Source: Takakia lepidozioides (Eukaryota > Plantae > Bryophyta). From it: a DNA stretch of 64,000 bases. The DNA is taken from the NCBI GenBank assembly GCA_030704615.1, contig CM060731.1, forward strand, positions 39,618,001-39,682,000. The letters run 5' to 3'. Position numbers and translations under genes: made by a program. The notes under the pieces are model-generated. The model was not told the origin of the DNA and searched no databases. It saw nothing but the letters and a program-made list of their open reading frames with translations. Below, piece after piece: positions 25,236 through 38,848 of the stretch; the stretch's first letter is position 1; every line of letters begins with the position of its first letter.

Positions 25236-28200
25236 GTTTACTTGACCAAGTGACAGGTGAACCTCCAAGTCGAAATACATACCCGACAATGGATCTTCAG
25301 CCTAGTCTGCATCGACAAAGCCATCTAGCCGAGTCTTACCTTTAGTGTAGAACATTAGTCCGTAATCCATGGTGCCTTTTAGGTACCTAAAGATTCTCTT
25401 TGCCGCTTCCATACGGGGCTTTTGTCGCTCAGCCATGAAGCAGCTCACAACACCTACCGCGCAACATATAATATCTGGACGTGTATTTGTCAAGTAAATT
25501 AGTTTTCCCACCATCTTCTGATAGAGAGGTGTGTCTGTTGGCTCCTCCCCCATGTCAGCGACAAGCTTTGCAGCTCTCAGCCATTGGCGTTGGACTCGTA
25601 GTACATTCGCTCAGACCAAGTTCCTTTAGCATGGATTGGATATAACCCCTCTGAGTCATGAAAATTCCGTTCTGAAAGTAGAGAAATTCAATATGGAGGT
25701 AGAGCTCCAGAGCACCGAGCTGTGACATTTTGAATTTCTTTACCAGTTGTTGGGTCGTCCAATTAATTTTCTCCTTGTGGTTCCCGGTCAACAGTAAATC
25801 ATCAACATAAATGATTAAGATGATCAACTTGTCTCCCTCGTGCATGTAGTATAAGTTGTGATCAGCATTGCTCCTTTTCAGCCCTTGCTCTTTGAGGTAT
25901 TTGTCAATGACTTCGTACCAAGCTCTTGGTGCATGTTTCAGCCCATAAAGAGCCTTGATAAGCTTACAGACCTTGCCCTCCTTTCCTAGGATTGTAAATC
26001 CTTCAGGCTGTAACATATATACCTCCTCTTTTAGGTCTCCATTCAAGAAGGCTGTCTTGACGTCAAGGTGAGAGTGTTGCCATTTGTTTTTTGCGGCGAG
26101 AGCAACTAACGTGCGTAAGGTGCCCCATTTAACTACTGGGGTGAATGTTTCAGTGTAATCGATACCCTCCCTTTTGCTCATAGCCCCGCGCAACCAGACG
26201 AGCCTAGTTATGCTTGAGGTGAGTGCCATCGGCTGCCTTCTTCTCCTTGTATGCCCACTTGGACGAGATTGGTTTCTTTCTCGGGGGAAGATCTACAAGC
26301 TCCCAGGTCCCATTCTCCTTAATGGAGTCCATCTCCTCTTGCATTGCCTTGCACCAATTTTGGTCTAGGACAGCCTCGTTGAAGGTAACTGGTTCGTCTC
26401 CATCCAAGACAGTGGTTACGTAGTCCTCCAGTCGACGGGGCAAACGTCTCTCTCTTGCATATGGCTTTCTAGGCAAAATTATCTCGGATCCCCTTTGTGT
26501 ATTTGCGTCATCGCGTTCTGATTCTGCCCGTGAATGAAGAGTTGATCCACTCGCCGAGGACACTCCTTGACCATTTGAGCCAAAACTTTGTGTGTCTTGA
26601 CTATCTTCTGATGAGGATGACGAGGAAGAGCTTTCTGATTCACTATGAACAAGTGGTAGATTGACCGGAGTAGGCATAGATGGAGCATCTCTGATGGAGA
26701 TACTATGACCATTGTGTGTGCAAGTTTTGGGAAAGCAGCAAAACCACATTGGGACTCATCAAATCTTACATCACGAGAAATAAGAATTCTTCGAGTTTGA
26801 GGATGGTAACAACGATACCCCTTACTCCCATGTCATAACCAACAAAAGCTCACTTGACAGCCCTTGGTTCTAGTTTTTTGATATTCTCTTTGTCCAAATG
26901 TACATATGCCAAACTCTCGAAGACTCTGAGATGTCGTAGATCAGGAACCTTACCAGTGAGACGCTGAAATGGGGTGATGCCTGAATTTGCTCTGGTCGGG
27001 GATCTGTTGATGAGATAACTGGCCGTATTAGCTGCTTCTGCCCATAGAAAGTTTGGTGCCTTACTTTCTAGTGTCATGCTGTGAGCACGTTCCATAATTG
27101 TCATGTTTTTTCACTCTGCTATGCCGTTAGAGTGTGGTGTCTGTGCTTGTGTGAGTTGGCGTGTGATTCCCTCTGAATTGAGGTAGGACTGAATTCCTCA
27201 GACAAAAACTCCCCTCCTTTGTCAGTTCGCAGAGATTCGATGGATTTCTTGAAGTGTTTCTCCACCATTCGTTTAAAGTTTCGGAAACACTGAAAGGCCT
27301 CGCTTTTTTCTTTTAGAAAATACAGCCAGGTGAACCTGCTGTAATCGTCTATGAATGTAATAAAGTATCGCTTTCCTCCTTTGGACGGAGTTGGGAGAGG
27401 CCCACAGATGTCGGAATGTATTAATTGCAAGATGGTAGTTGCTCTTGGACTGCTGGTCCTGGGTGCTCTTTCTCTACTTTGCGTGCCGAGCTGGCATCCT
27501 TCGCTTTTGACAATATTCATGCAAGTTCGACAAGGGCTCCATCCAAAGACACATCACGATAAACAAACAAACAATGGTGGACTGTAGGATAGGAAGATAT
27601 AGGACTCCTGATGCCAGCTGCTTAGATGTAAGGAGATGAACCCCCCTGAAATTTAAATGTCCTAATCTCTTGTGCCAGAGATCAGCCACACTTGTTGCCT
27701 CGTTGATCAAAGCACTATTTGATTCTTCCAAAGGCAGAATCTCATTTGTGTTTGATGTTGTTTGCAACTTGACATATAAGCCATTTCGAGCATCCCTGAT
27801 TCCTCTACCCATGATTTTTCCCATCTTCTAAAAAAGAAGACATTTACGGTAGTCAAACACGACAATCAGTCCTCTGTCTGTCAGAGATCCAACTGAAATC
27901 AAATTCTTACAGAGACCAGGTACGTAGAGCACATTCTCAAGAGTCTTTATTTCACCCGAAGGGAAGTGGAAAGTTACATCTCCGGCACCCTGCACAGAGT
28001 GGGACTGTCCTCCGGCGGACTTGACATTTTCAGACTCTATAGGAGGAATGTTCATGTTGTCGATGAGCTCTGAGTTTCCGGTCACATGCTTAGAAGCAAC
28101 TGTGTCCAGATACTAGGGGTCTCCGTTCATCTCAGCAGACATGGCGGCCAGAGTTTCGTCAAAACTGCTACTCCCTGGCCATTCTTTCCTCCAAGGTCAA

Positions 28201-29340
28201 CTGCTAGTGCCTGGTTGTTGCGATTTGGGAACTGGGGTCCAAAGGGTGGAGTTAATGATCCCCTAGTAGTGGGACACTGTTGCCAATAGTGTCCTGGCTT
28301 GCCACATTTGTGGCAATTTCCACGGAAGGTACCATCACGCGTGGATTGTTGCGGTTCGGTCCACCAAACCGCCATTCCTAAGTAGAGGACGAAATTTGAC
28401 CAGCAGTGCCTCTTCATCGTTAAAACGACGTTTGTTGACTGCTCGGCGGCTTTCCTCAGGTTGGAGCCGTCCCGTGAGTACTTCGAACGTGGGAAGATCC
28501 TTCTCGCTGCCAACTGCGCTAACAAAGGTTGAGAAACTTTCTAGAAGAGCATTGATGATGGTTTCCACAACAATGTCCTCAGATGGAGTCTCGTCAAACT
28601 CTCCCAATTGATTCAGCATATTCCTTACCTCCACCAGAAAGGTCTCCACAGAAGCGCCCTCCTCCTTCTGATCATGAGACGCTTCGCATTATCCTTTGTT
28701 CCAAAAAGTCACTTCAACGTGTCGCAACGGTCTTCGGATCATTGATGTTCAAAATATACGGGATGACATGATCCGTCACTGACAATCGAGAATGGCGAGA
28801 GCTTTGGACTTACATTTCTTCCAAGTCTTCTCATCCACGTCTGCCTCATCCATGTCTGCGTCTGCCGCATTGCTCTCTGGATCGACAACATTCCACATGT
28901 CATCTTTTTCCATGATAGTCTGCATTTTGAACTTCCATGTAGCATAGTTGCATTTCCCTCAAGCTTGTTAGCCTCGGTCAATGAAAACTCAACGTGTGAT
29001 GAAGCCATGTTGAAGAGATAACAAGAAGAAGATAACAATAGTGTAAATCAAACAAGACTATCACTCGAGATAAAACTGAAAACTAAATCGCACACAAACT
29101 TGACAGTTTACCCACCGGCTTAGAGTAGATCCGCAGTCATAAATCAGTCAAGTAGGAACAGTGTTCACTACCTTCAGCCTCTGTCCGAGCTCTGTCCTCG
29201 ACTTACTCAATACAAAGAAGATGAGGACTGATGATAATATACTAATCTAGAGGAGAAGAAGAAGGGAAGAATCTAGAAGAGATCAGTAGCGGTGACGGTG
29301 CCAGTGCCGTCTAAAATAATAATCCTCTACTAACATGTCT
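25236..29340 (-). mobile_element. Ty1/copia retrotransposon, decayed and truncated in RNase H
   Basis: gag knuckle CHKCGKPGHYWQQC, protease YLDTVASKH, LWHKRLGH, integrase LIHSDICGP/IDDYSR, RT LDVKTAFLNG/KALYGLK/YVDDLL, RNase H start GFVDAD..WSSKR; no LTR pair found. Confidence 0.93.
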
Positions 29341-29389
29341 GACATCTGATCAGGAATTTAGATGCTATCAAATGAGAGTGTCTATCCCA

Positions 29390-30260
29390 ACAGAAACTAC
29401 CTTTGTCAGGGGTTGGCGCTGGTAGTATGTCTTGCCTTGGAACAGACAATTACTCCAAGATTCCAGATATCCTCTAGAAATTCCTTCACACAAGCATCAA
29501 TCTGCTGTGTGTGGTTTGCCCAATAACTAGGCCCCAAAAGAGCCTGGGCTTTTGGCTCAGCCTCGAGACTTCAAAGTTTGTAAGCAGAGGTTCAGGCACA
29601 ATTCCCTTGATGGATTTGAAGAGGGTGTCTCTCTCGTGAGAATACCCAGGACAATGAATCCGAGAATGAATATTGTCTTCAGGTTGCCCACACAACGGGC
29701 AATTGCAATCCCTCTTTCCCCTCTGCATCTGCTTGCTGGTCAAAGGTAGGCTTCCCCACTTCCTGAGTTTAAATTGGGTGTAAACCCTGAGGTCATCCAT
29801 GATGGCCTCTCCCATGTCACAGACTCGAACAAGGTCAGGGAAGTTTTCTGCCTAACTTCATTTTCATTAGACAATTTCCTGGCAACAGACATGGCTTTGG
29901 ACACTACAGCCTCTAAGTCAGATTTATCCAGCAGGGTCAAGACTAGTTGTCTGAGATTCAGATAATTGAGAATCTCTTACTCTCTTCTGCCAGGACAGCC
30001 TGTTTGACAGGGTGATCCTGCTTCCAAGATGTAGAGTCGATTAACTTAGGATATCTGATATTAGACATATGTTGCAGCTGACCCCACCATCTGACCTTGA
30101 ACTCATCTCGTTGGGAGATTCAGGAGCTTCAGGAAGGGATGCCAAACTCACCCCGAACAGCCATGTTAGCTATTTTGGAGCATGCTGACATGCACTCCTC
30201 CAGCACACCCACTTGAATGGATTCTAGAGACTTAGCCTGGTTGGAGTTATCAACCCATAC
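29390..30260 (-). mobile_element. RTE/RTEX-like LINE internal 3' fragment (same family as 4517-6740)
   Basis: Colinear with ~4585-5455; CNCPLCGQPEDNIHSRIHCPGY zinc knuckle. Confidence 0.88.
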
Positions 30261-31690
30261 TGCAGATGCGTAATCCAAAGCACCAAAGCAGGCCTAATAA
30301 CGCGGCAAAGCATGGGGATTTTTACTTCAGAGTTGATCCCTCTGCAGTGGAAAAATTTAGTGAGACCCAACTCTTTGCGCTTGCCAGATTGAACGACTTT
30401 TTGAATATGTGCATCCCAATTACAGTTGGAGGAAAACTCAGTGCAGAAGCTTTGACAATTGACTTTGGCTATTGCAGTTGTCCGATTTGGTTAGGGGGGA
30501 GGAAGGGGAAGGAGGAGATGTGTGCTTTGTATTGACATCTGGGTGGAATTTGCAGATGCCGGAGGCAGTTTCGGCGGTCTAGGCGCACCACCACATGCAT
30601 TAGCACGAGAGTATGTGGCTTGTGCCATAAATGGGGCATCTGTGACATCCATTGCGTTTGAGCAGTTGGCAGCTCGCATCACATCGCCTGCTACACTCCT
30701 TAGTGTGAAGGCACTCCTGACACGCATTGAGAGCCACCTTCTGCTCTCGTTAGCGGGTCATAACAGCAATGCCACACGCATTGATCATCTGCTCAAACGC
30801 TTGTCACCACCTGCAACCCGCAGAACTGAAACGTCGAATGCAAGTAACTCAGCGAAGAAGTTTGCACCACAAGGAGGGAATAAAGGGGTTGCTAAAGATG
30901 CTGGCTGGTCTCCATCTGGCACTTTGATTTCTTGATGGCCCTTCATCCAGCCCACCGCGCCCTTCCTCTCCCAATGGTGCTTCTGAGGAAAGGTCTGATT
31001 GTCAGTCTGACCTGTCTGCTCTACCTGCACCACCACCTCCACCAAGGCCTTTTGCTGCTCACCTTGCTGCATTTGATGCTTTGTTGCCTGGAAAGTGAAG
31101 GATGCCCAAGTTCTGGAGGAAGATTTGACACGGATGGCACGTCAACTAGAAATCTCTATGTTGCAAAAATGCAAAGTTTCTCCTGATGGGGATGCCTTTG
31201 ATCTTAGCCATGACGCCAAGGCAATTCGCAAACAGGTTAGCTCTGACACCTCCTTAGGTATCCTATTCTTTAGGGATGTGTCCGTAGAATGTCCACGTGG
31301 AGGAGGCTGATTTTTATTATTGGTCCTTGTGGTGGTATGTGCCCCTGGAGCTGCAATCCTAGTGGTTGCATCCACGTGAGAGATGTCAAAAGACATATTG
31401 ATTCCAAGGCAGTTGTTAGATTGCTAAGCATATACTAATGACAAGCATTTCACATGGCATGTGCTTGAGGATCAGAAGTTATTGCGGGATGAGATTGTGC
31501 ATCTGACCGGCAGTCCAGGTTTGATGCGCATGGAGGAAGCCTTGGTGGACGTGCATGCCAACTTTGTGGAAGCCCTTGAAAATGGACTTCCCTTGCCTTC
31601 ACCATTTGCATGTCTAGTTCTGTCTAGACCCTCCTCTGCACCATCCAATTCGCCTGCTGTTGCTTCTCCTGGAAGGGGCCTACGAGAGAC

Positions 31691-32104
31691 TGTAAGAAGA
31701 AAACTATCATTGCCAGTTACTTAGCTAGGTACGAGGTAGAGTGCCATGCCCCTAGTGTTCCACGTCGATGGGCCAGCTTGCTAGTTCAAAACCAAGAGCT
31801 CAGCATAATCTCTAATCATGTAATCACCTTCCCGCCCAACGGGCATGAAGTACATATGGGGGAACAGTACTCTCATCTTACTATCTGAGCTAGTACTATG
31901 TCGCCTGAGAGTAGAGCAAGAAGTACCTCTGTAGCTTGACAGGGAATGTTAGCCTGTCCTAGCCTTAGGACTGTAAGGACGTCGTTCCTAATTTCCATTA
32001 ATGCAAAGAAGCCTTGTGCATATTAGCTGTGTGTATTATGGATGTGTGTACCAAGTGAGTCAAAACTTGGTTGTTGTTACAGTGTATTGAAGCTACCTCC
32101 AATA
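31691..32104 (+). repeat. 5' LTR (TG...TA)
   Basis: tgtaagaagaaaactatc...gctacctccaata; direct repeat of 36523-36933. Confidence 0.95.
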
Positions 32105-32115
32105 GGTTATGGGCC
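32105..32115 (+). other. Primer-binding site for the tRNA-iMet half molecule
   Basis: ggttatgggcc directly after the 5' LTR; same core as the Drosophila copia/Ty5/Osser-type internal PBS. Confidence 0.8.
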
Positions 32116-35100
32116 TTTTCCTACAGTTTCTTTTCACAAAGTTGCGTCAGAGTGAATCCAGGAAGTGCGTCATAGCTTGTTTTCTAGTTGCTTTTAATGC
32201 TACTGGCCGTGCGTGTTAACTTTTCTTGCAAAGTTGTGTCAATAGTACTGTACTGTAGCTATGGAGTCGCAGCGGGACACCACCGCAATCAAATGGTTCA
32301 ATGGTCAGAACTTCCACTTGTGTAGTTTTCAGATGCATGCTCTTTTCTTGGGAAAAGAGCTCATGGGGGTCATTGATGGCACAGTCGCCAAACCCCCGGT
32401 AGCACAAGTCGCAGAGCTAGAGGAATGGGTAAAGAAAGATGGACAGGGGATATCTTTGCTTTGTGCCGCTCTCGACGAGTCGGTGCTTGATCTTGTCTGT
32501 GGGTGCGTTACATCCAAAGAGATTTGGGACAAGTTCAGAACGATACACGATCAAAGAGCTAACGACAACATCCATGATGTTCAGGTCAAGTTTTATGAAA
32601 CCAAGTTCGAGAGTAGCGATACAATAGCCTCTTTCATTAGCAAAGTCGAGCTTCTAAAGAGTCAGCTTACTCGTCTCGGTGACAACAACATTGGTGACAC
32701 CAATGTCATCGCCAAAGTCTTGGGAAATTTGTCAGATGCCTATAGCCATTTTCACATCGTGGGATAGCACAGCAGCTGCCGATCGTACCTTGAACAACCT
32801 TCTGATCCGCTTAGTACGGGAAGAAATGCAGATGAAGGAAGTTCAAGAACGAGAGCAGCAGAGCGCTCCGTCCGCGTCATATGTTGCCAACGCTAAGGGC
32901 AAGGAGCGGTCAACTCTCACCTACGCACAGAGGCAGCAACGCAAGAACGAGATTGAAGAGAAGAAGCAAAATTCCGAATGTTGGAAGTGCGGCAGCCTGG
33001 GCACTAGGCTCGTGAGTGCGCTGAGCCCAAGAAGTCTGATACCAAGCCTACCGCAAGCACTGCAACCGTCGAGAAGACTCACCGTGCGTACGTTGCAGCA
33101 GAAGACAAGTTTCGCATTGGCGGAGATTCATGGATTGCAGACAGCGGCTGCACGGACCACATGACCGACAAGCGTTTTTGGTTCACCAAGTACCAAGACA
33201 TCACCTCGTAGCGTCGCATGCTGGAAGATATTGGTGCCACCCAACTTCTTGTATATGGAGTTGGTGACATTAATATTCGCACTTACAATGGGACCAAATG
33301 GGAACCAACAGTCTTGCGAGGTGTCTTGCACGTCCCGGGAATCGGAAGAAATCTTTTCTCCATCTGGAAGGCTGCTCTACTCAACATAGAGACTGTGCAT
33401 TCCAAGAAAGGATGCAGGCTTGTGCAAGGAGGAGAAACCCTAATTGAAGGTGTGATGGAGGGAACTATGTACAAGCTCCAAGTCCAGACAGTCATTCCGA
33501 ACACCGCCGCCTACATTGCGAACTCTTTCGGAACAAAGACGAAGAAGACAAGCACTCAGAGCCTTGATGTCTGGCACCACCGCATGTGCCACATCAACCA
33601 TGCAACGATCAGGAGGATGGCGTCTACAGGCATGGTTGACGGGTTGATCCTAAGCACAGGACACCCCTCATTTTGTACAGGGTGTGCTTTTGGAAAGATT
33701 CACCGAAACCCCTTCCACACGAACCCAGATCACCAACGCTCAACAAAGGTTGGAGATCTTGTATACACCGATGTGTGTGGCCCCATGTCCGTCGCGACAG
33801 TAGCAGGGGCATTATACTACGTTCTTTTTAAGGACGATCACTCTACCTATAGAGTGGTGTTTATCATCAAGAAGAAGTCTGATGTATTGTCTTGTTTGAG
33901 GAAGTATGCAACGTTGATGGAGCGTGAAACAGGACATAAGTTACGCAAGCTTCGCTCTGATCGTGGCGGAGAATTCACCGGGAACAAGTTTCAGAAGTTC
34001 CTAGAAGCGAACTCCATCGAACCAGACCTCACCTGCGCGTATACTCCCGAGCAGAACGGTTCTGCTGAAAGGGAGAACATGACAGTTTTTGAAGCAGCTC
34101 GCAGCATGCTGTACTCCACCGATGTGCACCTCAGGTTCTGGGGAGAGGCCCTATGCACCGCAGTCTACACGCTTAACCGCACAGGCAACAACATGACACA
34201 AGATGCTACCCCTTTTGAGCTATGACACAAGAAACGCCCATCCGTTGGACACATGCGTATCTTTGGAACAGATACGTGCATGTCCCACAGCAAGTCAGGA
34301 AGAAATTAGATGCCAAAGCGAAGAAAGACATCTTCATGGGCTACAACACAACAAACAAAGCCTACAGGATTTGAAACAATGACACTCAACACATCACAGA
34401 GAGCAGAGATGTTTTGTTTGATGAAGAGTCATTTTTTCGCCACACTGCTGCCCAAGAGTTGCAGAGCACAAGTAGCAACGACATTGTACTCCTATCGATC
34501 ATAGGAGAACCAAGCACCAGCGACCTCTTAGCTCCACCCACACCAGATCCGGTATCAAGTCCGATTGATCCGCAGTTCCCACTCACACAGTCCACGGAAT
34601 AAGAGCTAGGCAGTCAAGAACAAACTGCTTCGCCCGGGGGACTCAACGATATAGCCGGTGAACAGCAGGAAAGTGATGCGACCTTAGCATCCTGGGAGGA
34701 TATCACGTTGGCCTCCTTAGATGCACCATTCGCACCACTCGATTACCAGCCTCAAAGCCCGACCCTGTTTACAACAGTATCGGCACCAGTGGGAGCAGTG
34801 GCATCGGCAATACAACAGTTGGAACGAGTTGGAGATGCAGATTTTTCCCTGCAGCCGTCGGAACCAGTGGGAGAAGCAACGCCTATTCTACAACAGTTGG
34901 AAGCAGTGGGAGACACCGCACTGCCACCCTATCAAAGACGAGAGAGGAAGCCGACCAACAGATATGGAGACTGGGCCTATGTGGCCAGTCAATCACAGCC
35001 CCTAAGCGCACATGCTGAGCCGAAGGAGCCAATCACAATCGCTGAAGCCTTAGTGTCTCCAGAGCACATGGAGTGGAAGAAGGCCATGCAATCTGAGTAC

Positions 35101-36522
35101 GACCTGGATAGCAAAGTGGATCGCTTCAAGGGGAGACTGGTGGCCAAAGGATTCACTCAGCAGGAGGGACTGGACTACGAGGAAACTTTCAGCCCAGTTG
35201 TGAAGTTCGATTCAATTCGGGCGGTACTCTCCATCGCCTGTGTAGAAGACCTGGAGATGACGCAGTTTGACATCACCACAACCTTCCTTTATGGCGAGAT
35301 AACTGAAGATATCTACATGGCGCCCCCAGTAGGTTTTGAGCACATGTTCGAACCCGGCAGAGTCTGTAAGTTGCAGCGAGCTTTATATGGTTTGAAACAG
35401 TCCAGTCGTGTCTGGAATCAACGTTTTCATGACTTTCTGAACCAAAATGGTCTCAAGCAATCTAGTGCAGATCCCTGCGTGTATGTCAGTACCACAAACT
35501 CCCAATTATTCCTAATCTTCTTCGTAGATGACGGAATTATATGTAACAGGTCAGACTCAGGAGGGATTACTATCCTTGCCTTCATGGGTAAAGCCTTCAA
35601 GGTCACTAGTGGTTACCCTAAAATCTATGCGGTCTCCGAATCACACGTGATAGAGCTCTTCGCACCTTGCAGATTGATCAGAGTCGCTACATTGCCCGCC
35701 TTCTCCTCAAGTATGGTTTCACGGATTCAAACCCTCTAGAAGTACCGTCCGACCCCTGTAGTTATCAGTCCACCCATGGTGATGAGCTCATGTCCTCTTT
35801 TCCATACTGTCATGTCATCGGTAGTATTTTGTTTGCCAGCAGTGGCACCAGAGTTGATGTCACTTATGCCACCGGTAACGTAGCCCAGTATGTCAGTAAC
35901 CCGAAAGTACCCCATGTCAATGCGGCCAAGAGGATTCTCAAGTACCTCCAAGGCCACCCAGATGTTCGTATCACATATAGCGCCAACATGGATAACTGCA
36001 TGAACCAGCTTTTGGCGTATAGCGACGCCGACTGTGCCGGGGACCATGACGACCGCAAATCCAGGACATGATATGTTGTTATGCTCAACAACGGACTCAT
36101 CGCCTGGTCAAGCAAGAAGCAAAGCTGTACCGCAACAAACACGACGGAGTCTGAGTATATTGCTGTTTTTTCAACCACGAAAGAGATTGTTTGGTTACGG
36201 CGACTTCTAACTGATCTTGGCTGTGTTCAGCACGCCCCTACAGTTTTGCTTTGTGACAATCAGGCAGCGATTCGATTGGTGCGGAACCCAGAGTTTCACC
36301 ATTGGACAAAGCATATTGACGTCCAATATCACAAGATTCGAGAGGAGTACAATCGCGGCACCATCCGACTGGAGTACATCAACAGCAAACATTAGCTTGC
36401 TGATGTGCTCACGAAGCCTCTTCCCCGTCCCCGTTTCGAGTGCCTGAAGGGCATGCTTGGGCTTACCGAGACCAGCATTCTCATCGAAGAAATTGAAGAT
36501 GGCACTCCACCCCGAGTGGGAG

Positions 36523-36933
36523 TGTAAGAAGAAAACTATCATTGCCAATTACTTAGCTAGGTACGAGGTAGAGTGCCATGCCCCTAGTGTTCCACTTCGA
36601 TGGGCTAGCTTGCTAGTTCAAAACCAAGAGCTCAGCATAATCTCTAAACATGTAATCACCTTCCCGCCCAACGGGCAGGAAGTACATATGGGGGAACAGT
36701 ACTCTCATCTTACTATCTGAGCTAGTACTATGTCGCCTGAGAGTAGAGCAAGAAGTACCTCTGTAGCCTGACAGGGAATGTTAGCCTGTCCTAGCCTTAG
36801 GACTGTAGGGACGTCGTTCCTAATTTCCATTAATGCAAGCCTTGTGCATATAAGCTGTGTGTATTATGGATGCATGTACCAAGTGAGTCAAAACTTGGTT
36901 GTTGTTACAGTGTACTGAAGCTACCTCCAAATA
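36523..36933 (+). repeat. 3' LTR (TG...TA)
   Basis: About 11 substitutions and 2 indels versus the 5' LTR by manual count. Confidence 0.95.
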
Positions 36934-37792
36934 GAGACTAGCTCTCTCAGAAAAGAGACCAGTGGCGGTTCCCGATCTAAAGTTGTTCGCTCTCTCTTTA
37001 TGGACCCCGTTCTCAAAGCAAGTAATTCTACCCCTGTGGCGGCCGGGCCGGGACGTGAGGTTCCGGGGTTTATGGCAACACCCAGATAGCACCCCAGGAT
37101 GTTCAATCCTGCCGCTGGGAAGCCGTGATCCTTTTTCCAGAGGAGAAGGCTTGTCCCATCACCTTCTCATGCACGAGCCCAGCTGCACGGGTTTTTTTCA
37201 TATCACATCTGCATGGTCTCACTCGGACAAAGATGCCAGCCATCGCACAGAGCATGAAAGCTCCAGAACATCCAATGCTATGGACCGATGAGATTCTATT
37301 GCAGGATTACTTGGGCGACACTTTTCAAAACTTGTTCGCTAGATGCATTGTAAATACAAATGATTCTGGTCTGTGAGAATAGAGATATGTGTCTCATTTG
37401 AAACGAATTGCATAGTTCATGCCATGCCATTTATCTGTGGAAGGTGGATCGCAGGCCTGAACTCGATATTCTTGAGAACGGACACCCAGTCAAGCTAGCT
37501 ATACGTCCATACACTCGGAAGGATTTTCAGGGTAGAAACAAAGCACGGCTGCAAATAGCAGTGGATGGCTAGCAAAGAAGGTTTAAGTACCAGAATACGG
37601 TAGCAAAACCAAGAGCGAGGCTGTTGATAGCAAAGAAATGATACCAACAATAGTCGGGCTCATGGGTATCAATTCTCAGAGGCTCAAGGCTGAGTCTTTC
37701 TTTCCCTCCTTTTCTTTCTGTCCCTCTTTTTCTTTCTGATAGCAACCCAAGAACAAAACTGGAGAGGTTTTGTCACTGACCACCTGGGCAAT

Positions 37793-38848
37793 ATGGAGGA
37801 GATGTGGAGCAGACTCCCTTTCGAGTTAGTGATGGTAGTGTTGGCTTGTTTGCCATATCGAAGTCTCGTCCGCTTTAAGTCGGTGTGCAAGTTGTGGAAT
37901 TCCCTCCCATCCACTGCTTGTTTCCAACAAGTCTGTCAACAGCTCCCTCTGCACGCCGAGTCCTACCTCTTGTCTTTTGTACGCCCAAATGTTTGCAGAT
38001 TGTATGCCCCCACAACTCGACAGTGGCACAAGATCGGCCTCAAATTCCCCAAGGTCCATTCAATGTATAAGGTTCGTGCTGCAGATGGAGGCTTATTTTG
38101 CATAACGGAAAAGGCACGCAAGGATGACTTTCCATCTTGGATTGTGTACAATCCTCTCTTGAACAGTTCCAGACGATTGCCTGCCCTACCTCACAAGCTA
38201 CCAGATTTCGTCTTGCAAACTGTAGATTTGACTGTGGATAGATGCACCAAGACCTACAAGGTCATTGTGATATCAACCGACGACGACAGAAATTGTCATT
38301 GGAGAACACACATCTACGACTCAATTTGCGAGTGTTGGACCGAGACTGGAAACATGCCCACAGTAGGCTATCAGGAAGGTCCAAAAAGTGTGATATGTGG
38401 CCCTACCCTCTTTGCTCTTTTGGCTGGACGATATGGACCGGACGACCACATGTTGATGGCTTGTGACATTGGCAGCGGTGCGTGGACTAAAGTTGCTATA
38501 CAGAAACCTAATTTTAATTTCTATGGTCTTCTAGAGAGTGGCGGGCGCTTATTGCTTTGTGGGACTCTTGACAACATCTGCATGTGTGTGTGGGAGTTCA
38601 AAGTTTCTGCAACGACTGATGCAGAGTGGGTGGAGATTGCAAGACTTAGTGTGGACAAACACCATTCACTGACAGCGGTGAGCCATGACAATCTCATATT
38701 CTTCTGCATCAGTCGCTTTGCAAATCCACTAGTTGTGATGTACGACATGAATCAACAAACATGGACATCCCCTCAGGAAGTCATTCCACCTCACACTGAC
38801 CGCATTCGTTTGGTTAGCTGGGTTCTTAGTTTAGGTGCAAACGTCTAG
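37793..38848 (+). CDS. F-box/kelch-repeat-like protein, intact copy B (351 aa, intronless CDS)
   Basis: F-box WSRLPFELVMVVLACLPYRSLVRFKSVCKLWN; AADGGLFC, VYNPL..RRLP, YKVIV, HIYDS..W beta-propeller motifs. Confidence 0.92.
   Translation: MEEMWSRLPFELVMVVLACLPYRSLVRFKSVCKLWNSLPSTACFQQVCQQLPLHAESYLLSFVRPNVCRLYAPTTRQWHKIGLKFPKVHSMYKVRAADGGLFCITEKARKDDFPSWIVYNPLLNSSRRLPALPHKLPDFVLQTVDLTVDRCTKTYKVIVISTDDDRNCHWRTHIYDSICECWTETGNMPTVGYQEGPKSVICGPTLFALLAGRYGPDDHMLMACDIGSGAWTKVAIQKPNFNFYGLLESGGRLLLCGTLDNICMCVWEFKVSATTDAEWVEIARLSVDKHHSLTAVSHDNLIFFCISRFANPLVVMYDMNQQTWTSPQEVIPPHTDRIRLVSWVLSLGANV

Larger units (their letters stand above)
31691..36933 (+). mobile_element. Full-length Ty1/copia LTR retrotransposon (gag-pol with stops and frameshifts)
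   Basis: Two ~412-bp LTRs, TSD gagac (31686-31690, 36934-36938), PBS ggttatgggcc, PPT-like gagtgggag; CWKCG, WIADS, WHHRMCH, TDVCGP, FVDDG, YSDAD, TKHIDVQYH. Confidence 0.97.
30530..37010 (+). pseudogene. T-complex protein 11 family gene fragment split by a copia insertion (30530-31690 and 36939-37010)
   Basis: FEQLAARITSPATLLSVKALLTRIES..IDHLLKRL; FVAWKVKDAQVLEEDL..KAIRKQ|VLEDQKLLRDEI; frame resumes after the LTR as SSLRKETSGGSRSKVVRSLF. Confidence 0.8.

Noticed and set aside
29040-29340. LTR/PBS of the minus-strand copia
   Set aside because: No second LTR copy and no recognisable PBS, so boundaries cannot be supported
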